DNA of 64,000 bases, from the NCBI GenBank assembly GCA_964019425.1, contig OZ025803.1:248001-312000 (forward strand). Reading direction: 5' to 3'. The translations under genes were made by a program, and so were the position numbers. The number at the start of each line of letters is the position of its first letter. Within the stretch, counting starts at the first letter, position 1. This DNA is from Flectonema sp. DT1601 (lineage: Eukaryota). The notes under the pieces are model-generated. The model did not search any database. It saw only the letters and a program-made list of their open reading frames with translations, and was not told where the DNA came from. Of the stretch, positions 46,126 through 57,550 are shown in pieces.

Positions 46126-46517
46126 ACTGTAGCTCCGATGAAGGAGAACTCGCACTCGTTTTATAAAACTAAGAGCAGTAGGTCAGATGGAAGTCAGCTG
46201 AGTTGAGCTCAAACGCAAACATATGCTAACCCGTCCTGTCGAGCTTCGATGGATTGAAATCCAATTTATCAAAAAAAACTGGAATGAAGTCCTCACAACT
46301 TAAGAGGAACCAGTATAAGAGTTTAACTACGTATTCTACAAGTGTTTTGGAACAGCAGAACAATTGTGTTTTTTATAACTTTTTTTTATATTTTTTTTAT
46401 TTTGATTTTATGCAACCTTATTATTTGATTGCATAAATAAAAAAAAAAAAAAAAAAAAAAAAAAACGGTTGAATAGTTTCATTCTCCGACTTCGTTGGTG
46501 CAAAAAAAAAAAAAAAA
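46126..46517 (+). repeat. Longest R3 copy followed by an A-run, an R2 hairpin and a second A-run
   Basis: Contains the R3 blocks seen elsewhere and ends GAATAGTTTCATTCTCCGACTTCGTTGGTGC(A)n. Confidence 0.75.
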
Positions 46518-47313
46518 GGAAACTACATCATATTTCTGTGGTCACCTATCTTGCGATTAATTCTTCCTTTTTTTATTATTTCTTCCCCTTTTTTTCCTAG
46601 AGAAACTTGTTTATGTTGTGTTATCGATCAAGACAAATACCTGTGGTAGTCGCTCTTTTCGAAGACCCGGTTTTTTCTACATCAGAGTACCACAGATTTA
46701 CTATCCCCTGTTAGTTTTTCCCTCTTCCCCCCCCCCCCTTTTTTTTTTTGTTGTTGTTTTTGTTACTATTGCGACATGTGAACTTGAAAAAAAAGAAAAA
46801 ATGATTTGGAAACAGTCAACTCAAAGGTGTCAAGTTCAAACCCCGGTGGACAATTTTTATTGTTGAGAGTTGACAGTTTACCAAAGAAGAAAGAAAGAAG
46901 GTAACTCTTTTTTGAGGAAAAAAAGAATGAAGTGGGGAATTTTAGTCATGTTTTTCGTTTAGTTTTGTTGTGTTGATGAAGGGCATGTTAGTTCGCGTTT
47001 ACCTGATTGCTAAAGGTTCTGATCATAAGCCCTGCAGTATGTAGAAGGTGATCGCGTGCTAGCGTGCTCCGTCCATCCTCTGCTGTCTCTTTTGACCCTG
47101 TCTCTTTTGCATCACCTTGCGTAAATCTGTTATATTCTTTTAGTCATCTTGTGAACACCAAGCAGGGAAGTTTCACCTTGAGTGTTGTAGTTTACTTTTT
47201 TTTATTATATTAATTTTCTTATTCATAACAGAAGAAGTGATATTGACTGATAAGTTGTAAGTGTTGCGTATTATTACAATTCTTTCATCAGGTCTCGGTA
47301 GCGGTCATCAACA

Positions 47314-48876
47314 ATGCGATTCCTAGTCGCGGCTTCGATACTCACTATCACTGTTGGTGAGCATTCGGTTTGTCCTTTCCCGGACTTTACACCAAAACCA
47401 GCTGGTGTGATTCCCAAGAGTGAGGGAGAGTTTCAGGCGACGATAAAACTAATGGAAGGACCTGTCAATGAGCTGAACAAATACAGAATGGTCGGTGTTG
47501 ACTTAGACTGGTGGGGACCTACTAAAGATAAATGGGGCATGTGTGGAGTAACAAACATCGATCTCAACAACAAAGATCTTAAATTTCTGACATCTGAATT
47601 TGGAGGAAAGGGATTTGGAAACGGAGGTGTTGTCCGGTTGGGGGGGACGGGAGCTGATTTTGTCGTTTACGATGTTGAACCGGATGCTTGCAGCCCAGAG
47701 AACCTCAACAAAACTCAAAAACAACCTAATGCTACCTGGTATTGCCCATCGAACGATGCACTCGCTGGAACGTGTCTTTCAATGCAGAAATGGGATGAAG
47801 TGATGACCTTCGTATCAGAGGCAGACTTAGACATGATATTCTGTCTTAACGCCTGTTGGCTGAGACCAGGTCACAATGGAACCATTGATTGGAGTCTGAC
47901 TAAGAAATTCTTGGACTACACAGCTCAACAACACTGGTCACACTTGGCAGGATTTGAATTCGGTAACGAACTGTACCAACATGTCGACCCTGACGTGTAC
48001 GGAAAGGATTTTTATACTTTGCAGACACTAATTAATGAAACGTGGAGTCGATACAACAACACTCAAATCCCTTTTATTCTTGGACCAGATGATGGCCCTA
48101 CAAGAATGGACCCTCAATGGACTGAAGTACTTCTAGACAATGCTAAAGGTTCCATTCATGGTGTATCTGTACACATCTACTTATCAAGCTGTGCGACTAA
48201 ACCTGTTGATCAGGTTTTGAGCATCAGTTGTTTAGATAGTCATAATGAGAGAGCGATCTCTCACCTCAACCCAACAGTTGCAAAGTATAACATAAAGCAA
48301 TGGAATATTGAATCAAGTTTAGTCGGAGACAGTGGAGTGTTGGGTATCAGTAACACTTTTAGAGAGAGTTTTTGGTACTTCGACAGTCTGGGATTGATGT
48401 CTAGAAACCATTTTGAGATGTTTGGGAGACAAACTCTTATGGGAGGTGATTATGAAATTATTGATAAGAATACTACTCAACCAAATCCTGATTATTGGAT
48501 TTTAAAAGTTTGGCAAGAAGTGATGGGTTCCTCAGCATACAATGTTTCTATTACATGCGACAATGAAGGACGATGTGAAAGCGTGAGAGCATATTCCCAC
48601 AGTTCTGTTGACAACTCTAGTCGAGTCTTGATGGTACTAAACTTTGATCTAACTCACACTGTAAACACAACAATCGAATGGGATATCGCTGCTACCTCAC
48701 TCGACGTGTTCCAATTCACTGGCGATCCAAATTCATCTGTCGTCTTCTTTAATGGTGATCGTTTACACTATAATGGAGATCAGACGTTACCAGTAATGAT
48801 CCCAAAGGTTTTGCAGCCGCAAGATAAGATAATTCTACCTCCGGCTTCTATTTCTTTCTTTATTAGAAATATTTAG
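47314..48876 (+). CDS. Secreted heparanase-like beta-glucuronidase, glycoside hydrolase family 79
   Basis: Signal peptide; DLDWW, VRLGGTGAD, FEFGNE (acid/base Glu), WNIES (nucleophile Glu), FWYFDSLG, RQTLMGGDY, PNPDYW. Confidence 0.92.
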   Translation: MRFLVAASILTITVGEHSVCPFPDFTPKPAGVIPKSEGEFQATIKLMEGPVNELNKYRMVGVDLDWWGPTKDKWGMCGVTNIDLNNKDLKFLTSEFGGKGFGNGGVVRLGGTGADFVVYDVEPDACSPENLNKTQKQPNATWYCPSNDALAGTCLSMQKWDEVMTFVSEADLDMIFCLNACWLRPGHNGTIDWSLTKKFLDYTAQQHWSHLAGFEFGNELYQHVDPDVYGKDFYTLQTLINETWSRYNNTQIPFILGPDDGPTRMDPQWTEVLLDNAKGSIHGVSVHIYLSSCATKPVDQVLSISCLDSHNERAISHLNPTVAKYNIKQWNIESSLVGDSGVLGISNTFRESFWYFDSLGLMSRNHFEMFGRQTLMGGDYEIIDKNTTQPNPDYWILKVWQEVMGSSAYNVSITCDNEGRCESVRAYSHSSVDNSSRVLMVLNFDLTHTVNTTIEWDIAATSLDVFQFTGDPNSSVVFFNGDRLHYNGDQTLPVMIPKVLQPQDKIILPPASISFFIRNI

Positions 48877-49039
48877 ATATCATTTCCTTTCCTTTCCTTT
48901 TTTTTTTTTTTTTTTTTTTAATCGAGTACCTTCCTTTTGCGTGGCTGAATGAAAGAGGAGTAGAATCTCCTCTGTGCGTCGTTTCATGCCAGTCCTTTAT
49001 AGACTTGGAGGTAGTTAATACTTAAAACTGATTGTCTCA

Positions 49040-49357
49040 TTTGAGGTTCCTTTTGATTCTGTTCCTTACAGATATTCGTATTGCTACTCTCTTCTTAAAG
49101 CCTATGGTAAACCCCTTACATATTAATGCTTTAGGGGTGAACGTAAGGCCTGGTCATGTTCCAGAATTTTTATTTTCTTTCATTGTAGCCACTCGTGAAG
49201 AATGGTTTTTAGATGTGGAATATTCTCTCTGTTGTTTTCAACCTGTTAGTCTCTTAGCAAGGTGGACAGCTGGGAATTGGTCCTTCCAGCCGAAGCTATG
49301 AAAACGTGATTGGGTCTTCTACTGGTGCGGGTTACCCAAACCCCCGTAGTCATCAGT
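49040..49357 (+). mobile_element. Degenerate non-LTR retroposon-like remnant R5, copy 1
   Basis: Homologous to 59350-59750. Translates to RT-like fragments FDSVP..LLKAYGKP and GVNVRPG..PEFLFSFI; structured 3' block. Confidence 0.55.
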
Positions 49358-49461
49358 ATCAGACTTCTATAATAAAGTGATAACTTTAGATGTGATATTT
49401 TGTAGAAGGTTAGCTGAATATATTTTTATTCCAAGCACCCCTACTGGGGGAAATTCATACG

Positions 49462-51362
49462 ATGACGGGAAGGCGGCAATCGTCCTGTCCAGAGAGACCT
49501 GATGGATGTCCGAAGCGGATCGGTACCAGAAAGTTAAAATGCAGATCTCGAGTGGCGCAATGCATCGAGACAGTGAACACATTCCTGTCAGGTAATGAGA
49601 ACTACTGTGAGCTTCCTGATATTAATAGTGAAACAGAAGTGTCGAGTTCAGGAGAGAGTGAGTTGTCTCCTAGACCGATAAGGAAAGCTATTTTAAATCA
49701 GAAAGTTGAAGCCAGACCCTGTCAACACTTCATGACATCAAAGTGTTGGTTAGAAGGCTACTGTGAGTTTTCACATTCGATGGCTCCGACACTGCAGGTC
49801 GCAGTGGAACCAAAGCAAAGTGCAGTTATGACGGAGGGGGATTTACAGTGCTTGCGAATACGAAAATGGTTTTGGCTCGAAAAAGTAAAAGGATATCATG
49901 AAATGAACCAATGGGTTGCATTCCCAGAATCAGCAACTCCTCACCTTGAAAACAGCGTCAACCGTCAGCTGATGACATTTTCTCTCAATCAAACTCCTCG
50001 TTCTGTCCAAGTCCTTACTATCACTCAAACAGCCTGTTGGGTAGTAGTCCTCAATGACGGCAGCACTAGTTACTCTCCTTTACCTTTCGCTTGCACAGAA
50101 ACACTCGAATTTGTCTATTCTCGTACCTGCGATACACGCTGTTCTATATTGTGGAATCGAGTTCGTTATCTCGTTGACTTCCAATCGATGGAAATGAAAT
50201 CGTCTGCGGGTATGTAACGGACAGTTGTTGTGTTATTAAGTGGGGTGGGTATACCTGTCTTTTAGTTTAAGTTTCTAATTCTTTTTTTTTATTTACAACA
50301 CTCAAATAAACAGGGAGCTCCATTTACTGTTTGGTGAGGCAACCCGCTACCCTGAGGCTGAGCTGCCCTCCCAGTAGTGTTGAAGGAGTTCCAATTCTTG
50401 AAAGGGTGTTATCACTGTCTGATAAATCAGGTGTGAGACTACTGATGTTAGATAATAATGATAAACCTATCAAACCTCAACAAGTTACGTATGAACTCCC
50501 CTGTACTATTTCAGTTGATAATTGGAGCATATCACCGTCCAGTGATTGCGCTTTCGAGTCAAGTCCTCACAGGAAGAAGTGTGAAGACACAAGCATCGCT
50601 CACACTACATTAGCAAAACACCACTGCACAGTCTGGAATTGTTACCTTACTCGAGCTCAGAAATCCCGCAACAGGTTAGTAAGAGAAAGATCAGCTTTAC
50701 ACTGTTGGAGAAATATTCACAGTGCGAATAACTTCACTCGATCAGTACAACGACAACCTTGCGCAGATGAGTATATTTCTTGTTGCAGTTGGAAGGATCC
50801 TCTGGGTGTGTTTAAAATTCAAAAGGGCAGTGAGGAATATAATCAGGTAACTTCTTATATTGATGTAGATTTTGATGCCGTAACAGTCGAACGTATTGAA
50901 AACAAAGAGCTCTGGGAACTCTATTCTTCAATAAGACAAAATAACACGAATGGAAACGGTGACGTTATTACCGAAAACATTTTGTTCACACCCGTCGATG
51001 AGAGTCAGTTGCCTCAAATCATTAATTCTGGTTTCAATTCTGGAAGGAAAACAATTGGAACTACTACTGGGTCGGGTCCCTGTGGCAATGCGCGTCATTT
51101 TTACGTCGCTTCAAGTACGGCACGTTCACCCGATTCGAAAAGTATTTCTTCGATATTAATCTTATCACTTGTGTGTACCGGTTCTTCTTGTTTTGCACCA
51201 GATCCGAATGCCGTCGCTCCTCCTTTTGATCCGCTGACATCATCTTTTTTTCACAGCACGTGTGACACCTACGACTCACAGCAGAGTACGAAGTTTGCTG
51301 TCTTTGAGGGATCGTTATCAGCACCGCTCTACATTATTCGTTACCCCGAGTCAGTGAGGTAG
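49462..51362 (+). CDS. CCCH zinc finger-WWE-PARP-like protein, 2 exons (49462-50209, 50314-51362), 598 aa
   Basis: CQHFMTSKCWLEGYCEFSH (C-x7-C-x5-C-x3-H); WWE-like WVAFP..LE and YSPLP..LEFVY..YLVDFQSMEM; PARP-like SEEYNQV..VERIENKELWELY..ENILF..IINSGF..FAVFE..PLYIIRY. Phase-1 intron 50210-50313 GTATGT..AACAG joins the two ORFs. Confidence 0.82.
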
Positions 51363-52034
51363 GTATTGGTGATAGAAAGATGCAAAGAACTATTTAGGTG
51401 AAAGCATTAAATTCCTATTAATAAAAACGTTCGTTTTTAAGTTTCAGCTTCAACATCTCTGTTGCCTTTTGTATTGTTTTCTTACGAACTCATTACATCG
51501 CACTTTACATTTACCCTGAGTGTTGACTGTCTGCTTTACCTGTTGTGGTGATACTAGAAATTATATTTCCTATTTACAAAATAGTGAAGGGAACCACAAA
51601 ACAATAAAAAACATGTAGTTCATCATATCATGTCCAGGTTTAGGATTTTCTGTTTTTACAGAGACTGTAGTGGGACTCTGGCTTTGGCTCTCTTGAGCTT
51701 AATTTTGCAGCAGGTAGTCGACTGGTGTTGCGCAGTGGAACAGATTGACGAATCTCTGATTCCTCACCTCATTACATCTTTCAGGTTTGAGCAATGTTGA
51801 ATCTATCTGAATTGTTTTCTAAGTGGTTATTCATATATCACTTCCCTAGACCTATCAGGACCCTGCAATGTTATTGGAGATTCTTTTTTAAAATGGGTCT
51901 ATTGAGTTATTTCCTACTCGGGTTGCGTTCGGAGCACCTGGTATTCGTGTGTTAACATATTTTGAAAAGGAAGCTACTCATGAAGTGATTTACTTTATCA
52001 TATCAGGCGGGAGGGGGCATCACACAAATAAACG

Positions 52035-52802
52035 ATGCTGGAACCCAACTACTGGCAGGTAAAGAATTCCGAATCACTAATACACGAGGAGGAGTTGTTT
52101 GAGGGTTTAGGACTCAGCAGAGGATGTGATGTTACTCCTTTAGACAAAGACTTCACAGTCAAGACTATCCTAACAGAGCTCGGTGACTATCGAAAGGAAG
52201 TTGCTCTAAGTAAGGCTCAGGTTAATAATGCTATATACCTACAGGCTGTCATAAGAGGTTGGCTATGCAGGAAAAGATACCTGACTCACCGACAACGGCT
52301 CAGTGACTTGCTAATTCGACTGAAATACGTTCGCGAAAGCGAAGCTGCAACAGTACTACAGAAAATGATTAGAAGCTTCCTCGCAAAGAAGGAACTTACT
52401 CAACACCAACTTGAAGCAGAGCGTCGTCGTGAAGATGAAGCAAAACGAAAGAAGAAAGGGAAGCGAAAACCTTTGCCAGCATCTGATCTTTCAAAAGTAG
52501 AACGTCTCCTTCAAATAGAAGAAGGATTCCTTGAAGGATGGGATCTGTGGGTTCAAGCGATGGATAGACAATGGAAACATCCGACTGATCTTATTAAACT
52601 CAATGAGGCTCTCAAGACATGGGAACGACTAAAAGGAGTCCACCACGACAAAGTTCTTCTTCGAATGATTGAACGATGCCACAGACTCAAAGATGAAGCA
52701 GCCAAAGTACCCGATCCAGACAAGCAGCGGGGAGCTAAGAAGGCTCTCCTTGGTGGCAGTTCCAACGGTGTGGGTACAACTAAATTGCCTCCTCTCTCAT
52801 AG
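52035..52802 (+). CDS. IQ-motif protein
   Basis: LQAVIRGWLCRKRY and LQKMIRSFLAKK IQ motifs; coiled coil. Confidence 0.82.
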   Translation: MLEPNYWQVKNSESLIHEEELFEGLGLSRGCDVTPLDKDFTVKTILTELGDYRKEVALSKAQVNNAIYLQAVIRGWLCRKRYLTHRQRLSDLLIRLKYVRESEAATVLQKMIRSFLAKKELTQHQLEAERRREDEAKRKKKGKRKPLPASDLSKVERLLQIEEGFLEGWDLWVQAMDRQWKHPTDLIKLNEALKTWERLKGVHHDKVLLRMIERCHRLKDEAAKVPDPDKQRGAKKALLGGSSNGVGTTKLPPLS

Positions 52803-53178
52803 GGTGTGAAGGGTCTACCTTTTGAATTATTAGTAAACCTTGACACGGATACCTGTGTAGTAATGAACCTTGTCAGCAGGCTGGTGTATTTCCATCAACG
52901 TCCTGCTCAACATTCACTGCAAAAGTGAGTTAGAAAACCGGAATATAGTTCCAGAAATGGTTCAGCAACTATTGGTCGACTGTGAAGTGAATATGAAGAC
53001 CATCCATCAGTAGATATTTTAATTTACACGACCTTTTGAGGAAACTCTCCACAAAGGAATAAAAGTATTTATCCACAGTTAATGATCAACTGTTCTCAGT
53101 TTTGTCGTAATTAGGATCGTATTTTATAATCTTTTGTAACTTGTGATTTGCTGACCCTCTCTCCCCCTAACAGTCTTA

Positions 53179-54816
53179 ATGCTTAATGATATTACCTTCC
53201 GTGATGATGCACATAATCTACTTGGTGATCTGGGAGCTCCACCCTGGGAGCGGACGAGAACAAGAGTGTCTCACTCACAGATCATAACAAGATTTAATGG
53301 GGGGGTTAAATTCAGTTTCGGTGAGAAGCGAAGAACAGACTTAGCGAGAGAGCTACTAATGTTGGTTATTGGGTACTGTTCAGACTGTGATCGCAGGCAA
53401 ATCCTTTTGGTGTGCAAGAAATGGAATGAAGTGGCCGATTGCGCCCTCCGTCACCAACCAATGAAGGGATTGCCTCGAAGTAATTCCTCCCAGCAGTTGA
53501 TAAAAACGAGCAGCATTCTGACAAAGAAAATCAGGGGAACAGACTGCTTGGATCCTTCCTCTTATGAAAATATTTCATTTTCTCCGTTTTGTTATCAGTT
53601 TTGTCCTTCTGTTGGTCCCTTCAGCCACAGAATATTGAAATTTACATTTGACTTAAATCGTATGGTGATTAAGGAGCCCTTATCTCATCCTTACGGTAAG
53701 GTGTCTGGTGGTTGTACTTATTTCTATTTCCTCCCGCACGTCCTTTCGAATCCAATTGCTAAAGATCAGTTCGAATCAGACTTCACTCGTTACTGCTTGT
53801 CTCTCTTTATGTTATCCCCAATGTCTGATTCCATTGATAGCTGTCTATATAATCCTTGGTTCAAACTCGTCTCCAGTTCGATTCTCGATTCCGATGTTTT
53901 TTTTAAATCTCAACGGCTCATTAGAGGGACATCATTCGTCAACCATCCTTGCAAGGTATATATCCCGACAGGGCTGGGAAATGACCGTGGAGAGAATCGA
54001 ACGTGCGTCGAGTTGGTGTGTATGAAGTCAAGTGGGCGAACAGTGTTGATGTGCCCTCCTGGAGTAGTCTGCGGAGAGGTACGTAACACCGCCAGAGAAC
54101 ATTTGCAACTTTCATTGGGCGAAACAATTTTTCTGTTCACTGACGACTGCTGCAGTCGCTTTATAGACGACTGGCAGATCATCTCCCAATCAACACTTCG
54201 ATACATTATCTGCGCTAGTGGGCTACAGCAGTTCTCGGCAATTGGGTGTCAAGAGCTTGGATTGTATTCACCTGACTTTGGGTATCAGAGAATAGGTTTC
54301 GATACAACTGGTACTCTGGGAACCTTCAAATCGAAGGTTAAGGAAGTGTTTTCACAACCCATCAACACAACAGTTATGATTCAAGCTAGACCAGGGGTTA
54401 TCCTGGAGGGGATTGATAGTCAAGAAATGAGTACGTATGTCAGCGCACTGCCGAGAGTACTTGTTGATGATGGGCTTCTCTTAGTCTACTTGGGAACTAC
54501 TAACGTTATGGTGACAGTTCTTAGTGAAGCCTGTGAGCTGACTATTCAAATCGTAGTCGGGAAGTCTTGGTCTGTTCAAACTCTTCTCTCGGTGACGTTC
54601 TCCGCCGTGCGCCTCGTCAAAGAATGTCCAGACAACTCTTGGTGCTCTCACGTTAGTGGTAGGTTAGATTTGTTGAAATTTCCATCTCGGCAGGCGGCTA
54701 TCGCTTCAAAGGTTTCCATCAACGGTGGGCGATTCCTCGATTCGAATGACACCATCGAATGTTATTGGAAGGGAAGTGATAACGATAAGACTATCACTGT
54801 TCACTTTGATGGATAA
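53179..54816 (+). CDS. F-box-like protein
   Basis: LARELLMLVIGYCSDCDRRQILLVCKKWNEVA fits the F-box consensus. The C-terminal half may contain ubiquitin-like folds (uncertain). Confidence 0.7.
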   Translation: MLNDITFRDDAHNLLGDLGAPPWERTRTRVSHSQIITRFNGGVKFSFGEKRRTDLARELLMLVIGYCSDCDRRQILLVCKKWNEVADCALRHQPMKGLPRSNSSQQLIKTSSILTKKIRGTDCLDPSSYENISFSPFCYQFCPSVGPFSHRILKFTFDLNRMVIKEPLSHPYGKVSGGCTYFYFLPHVLSNPIAKDQFESDFTRYCLSLFMLSPMSDSIDSCLYNPWFKLVSSSILDSDVFFKSQRLIRGTSFVNHPCKVYIPTGLGNDRGENRTCVELVCMKSSGRTVLMCPPGVVCGEVRNTAREHLQLSLGETIFLFTDDCCSRFIDDWQIISQSTLRYIICASGLQQFSAIGCQELGLYSPDFGYQRIGFDTTGTLGTFKSKVKEVFSQPINTTVMIQARPGVILEGIDSQEMSTYVSALPRVLVDDGLLLVYLGTTNVMVTVLSEACELTIQIVVGKSWSVQTLLSVTFSAVRLVKECPDNSWCSHVSGRLDLLKFPSRQAAIASKVSINGGRFLDSNDTIECYWKGSDNDKTITVHFDG

Positions 54817-55261
54817 GTGCAGCTCGAAACCTGCCAACAACTCGAACAGGTCACACAATTCATTTTGGGTGCTGAAGTATTACTTTCTGAACAGATCGTC
54901 CCAATTTGATTTTTCTTTTCTGCCCGCTACTTTCTGGTGGCAGGCTAATCTAAAATTAACCTTCGCTTACTTGTGTCTTCCTCCCTTTTTATTTACACAC
55001 AAGCTTAGCCTTCGGGTGTTTGGTACGAGTGTGACTTCTTTAGACATTAACGAGATGCTGTCAATACATTGCTACCTTCTGGTAGATACTAAGTTGACAC
55101 TAACCTCGAGTCTATTATTTATCAGCTGGGCTATAATTGTTAATCAAATTAAACCTTTCAACTCGCTCTGTAGAGTATCATATAAGGTTTTGTTTGATGT
55201 GGATAACTTATCGGGCTGCCGCATTTATTTTATTTGTTCGCAGGTCAAGTCTACTCACAAG

Positions 55262-56479
55262 ATGCGAATTCTCTCCCTACTTGCGACCTGTTTCGCTGCC
55301 AGTCAGGCGACGCAGTCTGCTGATCTGCAGACGGCATTACAAGGAATGTTAGATAAACTTGCTAGGGAGCATCCTTACGGAATGCAATTGGCGTGGAAGA
55401 GTGACACGACTGAGTTTTTAATCTCATCTGGTTCAGTGAATGGAAGGAAAGTGACAACTGAAGATTCATTCCTATTCGGATCTGGAACGAAACCAATTAC
55501 CGCGTCAGCATTACTGATGCAGGTGGAGAAGGGATTGGTTAAGTTGGATGACCCGGCACATATTTATTTGGATCCAATCTTAACGAGAATGAACCAAACA
55601 ACTTTATCAAAACTTTTTGGTGAAGAAGTGAACACGGCAACTGTCAGACACATCTTGGCGATGCAAAGTGGAATTCAAGATTTTGATTGGCCAGCTTATG
55701 ATAAACAAGTTCTACAGCAGGGACATCGTACTCATCCTCCAATTGAATTTGTTGTTCAGGCTGCAAGTCAGCCACAGAAGCTAATTTGTAACCCTGGAGA
55801 ATGTGTTTGTTACAGCAGTACTAATTACATTCTTGCTGGTCTAATAGTCATGCAAGTCACTGGTCACGATGATTGGACAACTTTTTCTCAAATGGATTAC
55901 TTCTCAGGCCCTGCAGCCACCGCACTCTCCGGAGCCCATTTCTTTGCTGATCAAAACCTAACTGATTACTTGACTTGTGCAGGAAGGTCTGGTAGCAAGC
56001 CAATGGTACCAATAAACACTCAATCATCAAGTATATTAGGATTTACTTGTGGTAACTTAGCTGGAAATGCTTTACACATGGGAAGGTTCATGCATGCTTT
56101 ATTACATCAGAAGGATATTGTTTCTGATGGAATTCTCAATCAAATGGAAGCTTTCAAACCTTTATCAACCGGATGGGCCAAAGGAAGAATTCAATATGGT
56201 CTTGGACTAATGATTCAGGCGACTTCATTAAATGCAACCTTACCACCGGTTGCATCAGAGCTTGGGTCTTACGTCGGTCACGGAGGAGACACATACGGAT
56301 TTCTATCTGAACAAGGTTACTACAGCCATCTAAATGCCACTATTGTTGTTGTAGCAAATACTGATGCGCCTGGTTACTTTGTTCAAGGCGTTATGGCATG
56401 CAATGCTGTCAAGACAGCCGCCCCTATCATCCTTGGCAGGTCAGCGGGAGTAAAATGCATTCCGGAATTTTCTGAGTAG
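55262..56479 (+). CDS. Secreted beta-lactamase/penicillin-binding-protein-like serine hydrolase
   Basis: Signal peptide MRILSLLATCFAASQA; FGSGTK (SxxK), TVRHILAMQSGI, YSSTNY, YGLG, GHGG. The likely start is ATG 55262 after CGCAG at 55243. Confidence 0.9.
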   Translation: MRILSLLATCFAASQATQSADLQTALQGMLDKLAREHPYGMQLAWKSDTTEFLISSGSVNGRKVTTEDSFLFGSGTKPITASALLMQVEKGLVKLDDPAHIYLDPILTRMNQTTLSKLFGEEVNTATVRHILAMQSGIQDFDWPAYDKQVLQQGHRTHPPIEFVVQAASQPQKLICNPGECVCYSSTNYILAGLIVMQVTGHDDWTTFSQMDYFSGPAATALSGAHFFADQNLTDYLTCAGRSGSKPMVPINTQSSSILGFTCGNLAGNALHMGRFMHALLHQKDIVSDGILNQMEAFKPLSTGWAKGRIQYGLGLMIQATSLNATLPPVASELGSYVGHGGDTYGFLSEQGYYSHLNATIVVVANTDAPGYFVQGVMACNAVKTAAPIILGRSAGVKCIPEFSE

Positions 56480-57082
56480 TGATTTTTACTTTTTCTTTTT
56501 GTTTTGTTTCTGGGAGGGTAATAAGTGCAGCTGGCCTTCACTTGTTGGGTTTTATTCTGCGCGAGTACCACAAAGATATTGCCGCATGAAATCAAGTGAA
56601 TGGTCGGGTGCGAGAAAAAAACGTCGCTCAATTCGCCAAGAGTTTCCTGGCAGTAAAAAAAAAAAGAAAGACAGGGGAAAATGTTTTCTTAGTTTTACTT
56701 ATTTATTAATGGCTAGATGACTTAGTGTGTCCGTATTCCACAAGCTTTACACGAAGAAAGTAATACGGCTTTTTTCTTTCGTTTTGGATGAGTTAGGCAG
56801 TCCGCAGACAGACTCAGGGTGATTTCCTTCTGAATAGCAAGAGAAGGACCACCTGGAGGTTTGTTTTGTCTAGTGTTGTGAAACCCAATGTGCCGTTAGG
56901 ACTGAGGAAAGTACTTCCAATTCGTGGCTTTTCCAATTATCCTTCTCTCTTCTACACAATAACAAGTATATGCTTAGCGATCATGTTTCCTTGAGGTCCA
57001 GTGTGATCCTTTCTATCTCTTCTTTATGCGTAATAATTACTTTTCTACAACTCACCAGCACCGACTCTCCAACAACAATAAA

Positions 57083-57337
57083 ATGGAAGTAACAGTTGAG
57101 AAGGTCAGAGCTGTGGCTACTTGGCACTGGGACAAGGAGGACAGCACGTGTGGTATTTGTCGAGTTCCCTTCGAAGTTTGCTGTCCGAATTGTAAGTTTC
57201 CTGGTGATGACTGTCCGCTAATGACTGGAAACTGTCAGCACTCGTTTCACATGCATTGCATACTAAAATGGGTTGAACAACACTCTCAGAGGCCAGTCTG
57301 TCCACTTTGTAGAAGAGATTGGGTCTTTAACAGCTAA
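57083..57337 (+). CDS. APC11: Anaphase-promoting complex subunit 11 (RING-H2)
   Basis: VATWHW..CGICRVPFEVCCPNCKFPGDDCPL..CQHSFHMHCILKW..CPLCR. Confidence 0.96.
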   Translation: MEVTVEKVRAVATWHWDKEDSTCGICRVPFEVCCPNCKFPGDDCPLMTGNCQHSFHMHCILKWVEQHSQRPVCPLCRRDWVFNS

Positions 57338-57550
57338 GCTTTGACTCGTTAGCTAGCTACTTAGTTAGTCCTCAGACGATATAGATTGAAGTCAAACAGC
57401 TAACAATTCGGATCCATTGTTTTCAATTATAGACTAAATTATTTATTATAAGATTCTTATTATTATTATTAGATTACCTTTTTTTTTAGATAATATTTGA
57501 GTGTTGATGTCTGCAATTCAAGTTGTTCTCACAGATCTGAAATCACAAAC

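Noticed and set aside
54725..55261. N-terminal extension of the 584-aa ORF overlapping the F-box gene
   Set aside because: It has intergenic-like composition. A splice acceptor, ATG and signal peptide at 55243-55262 define the likely start.
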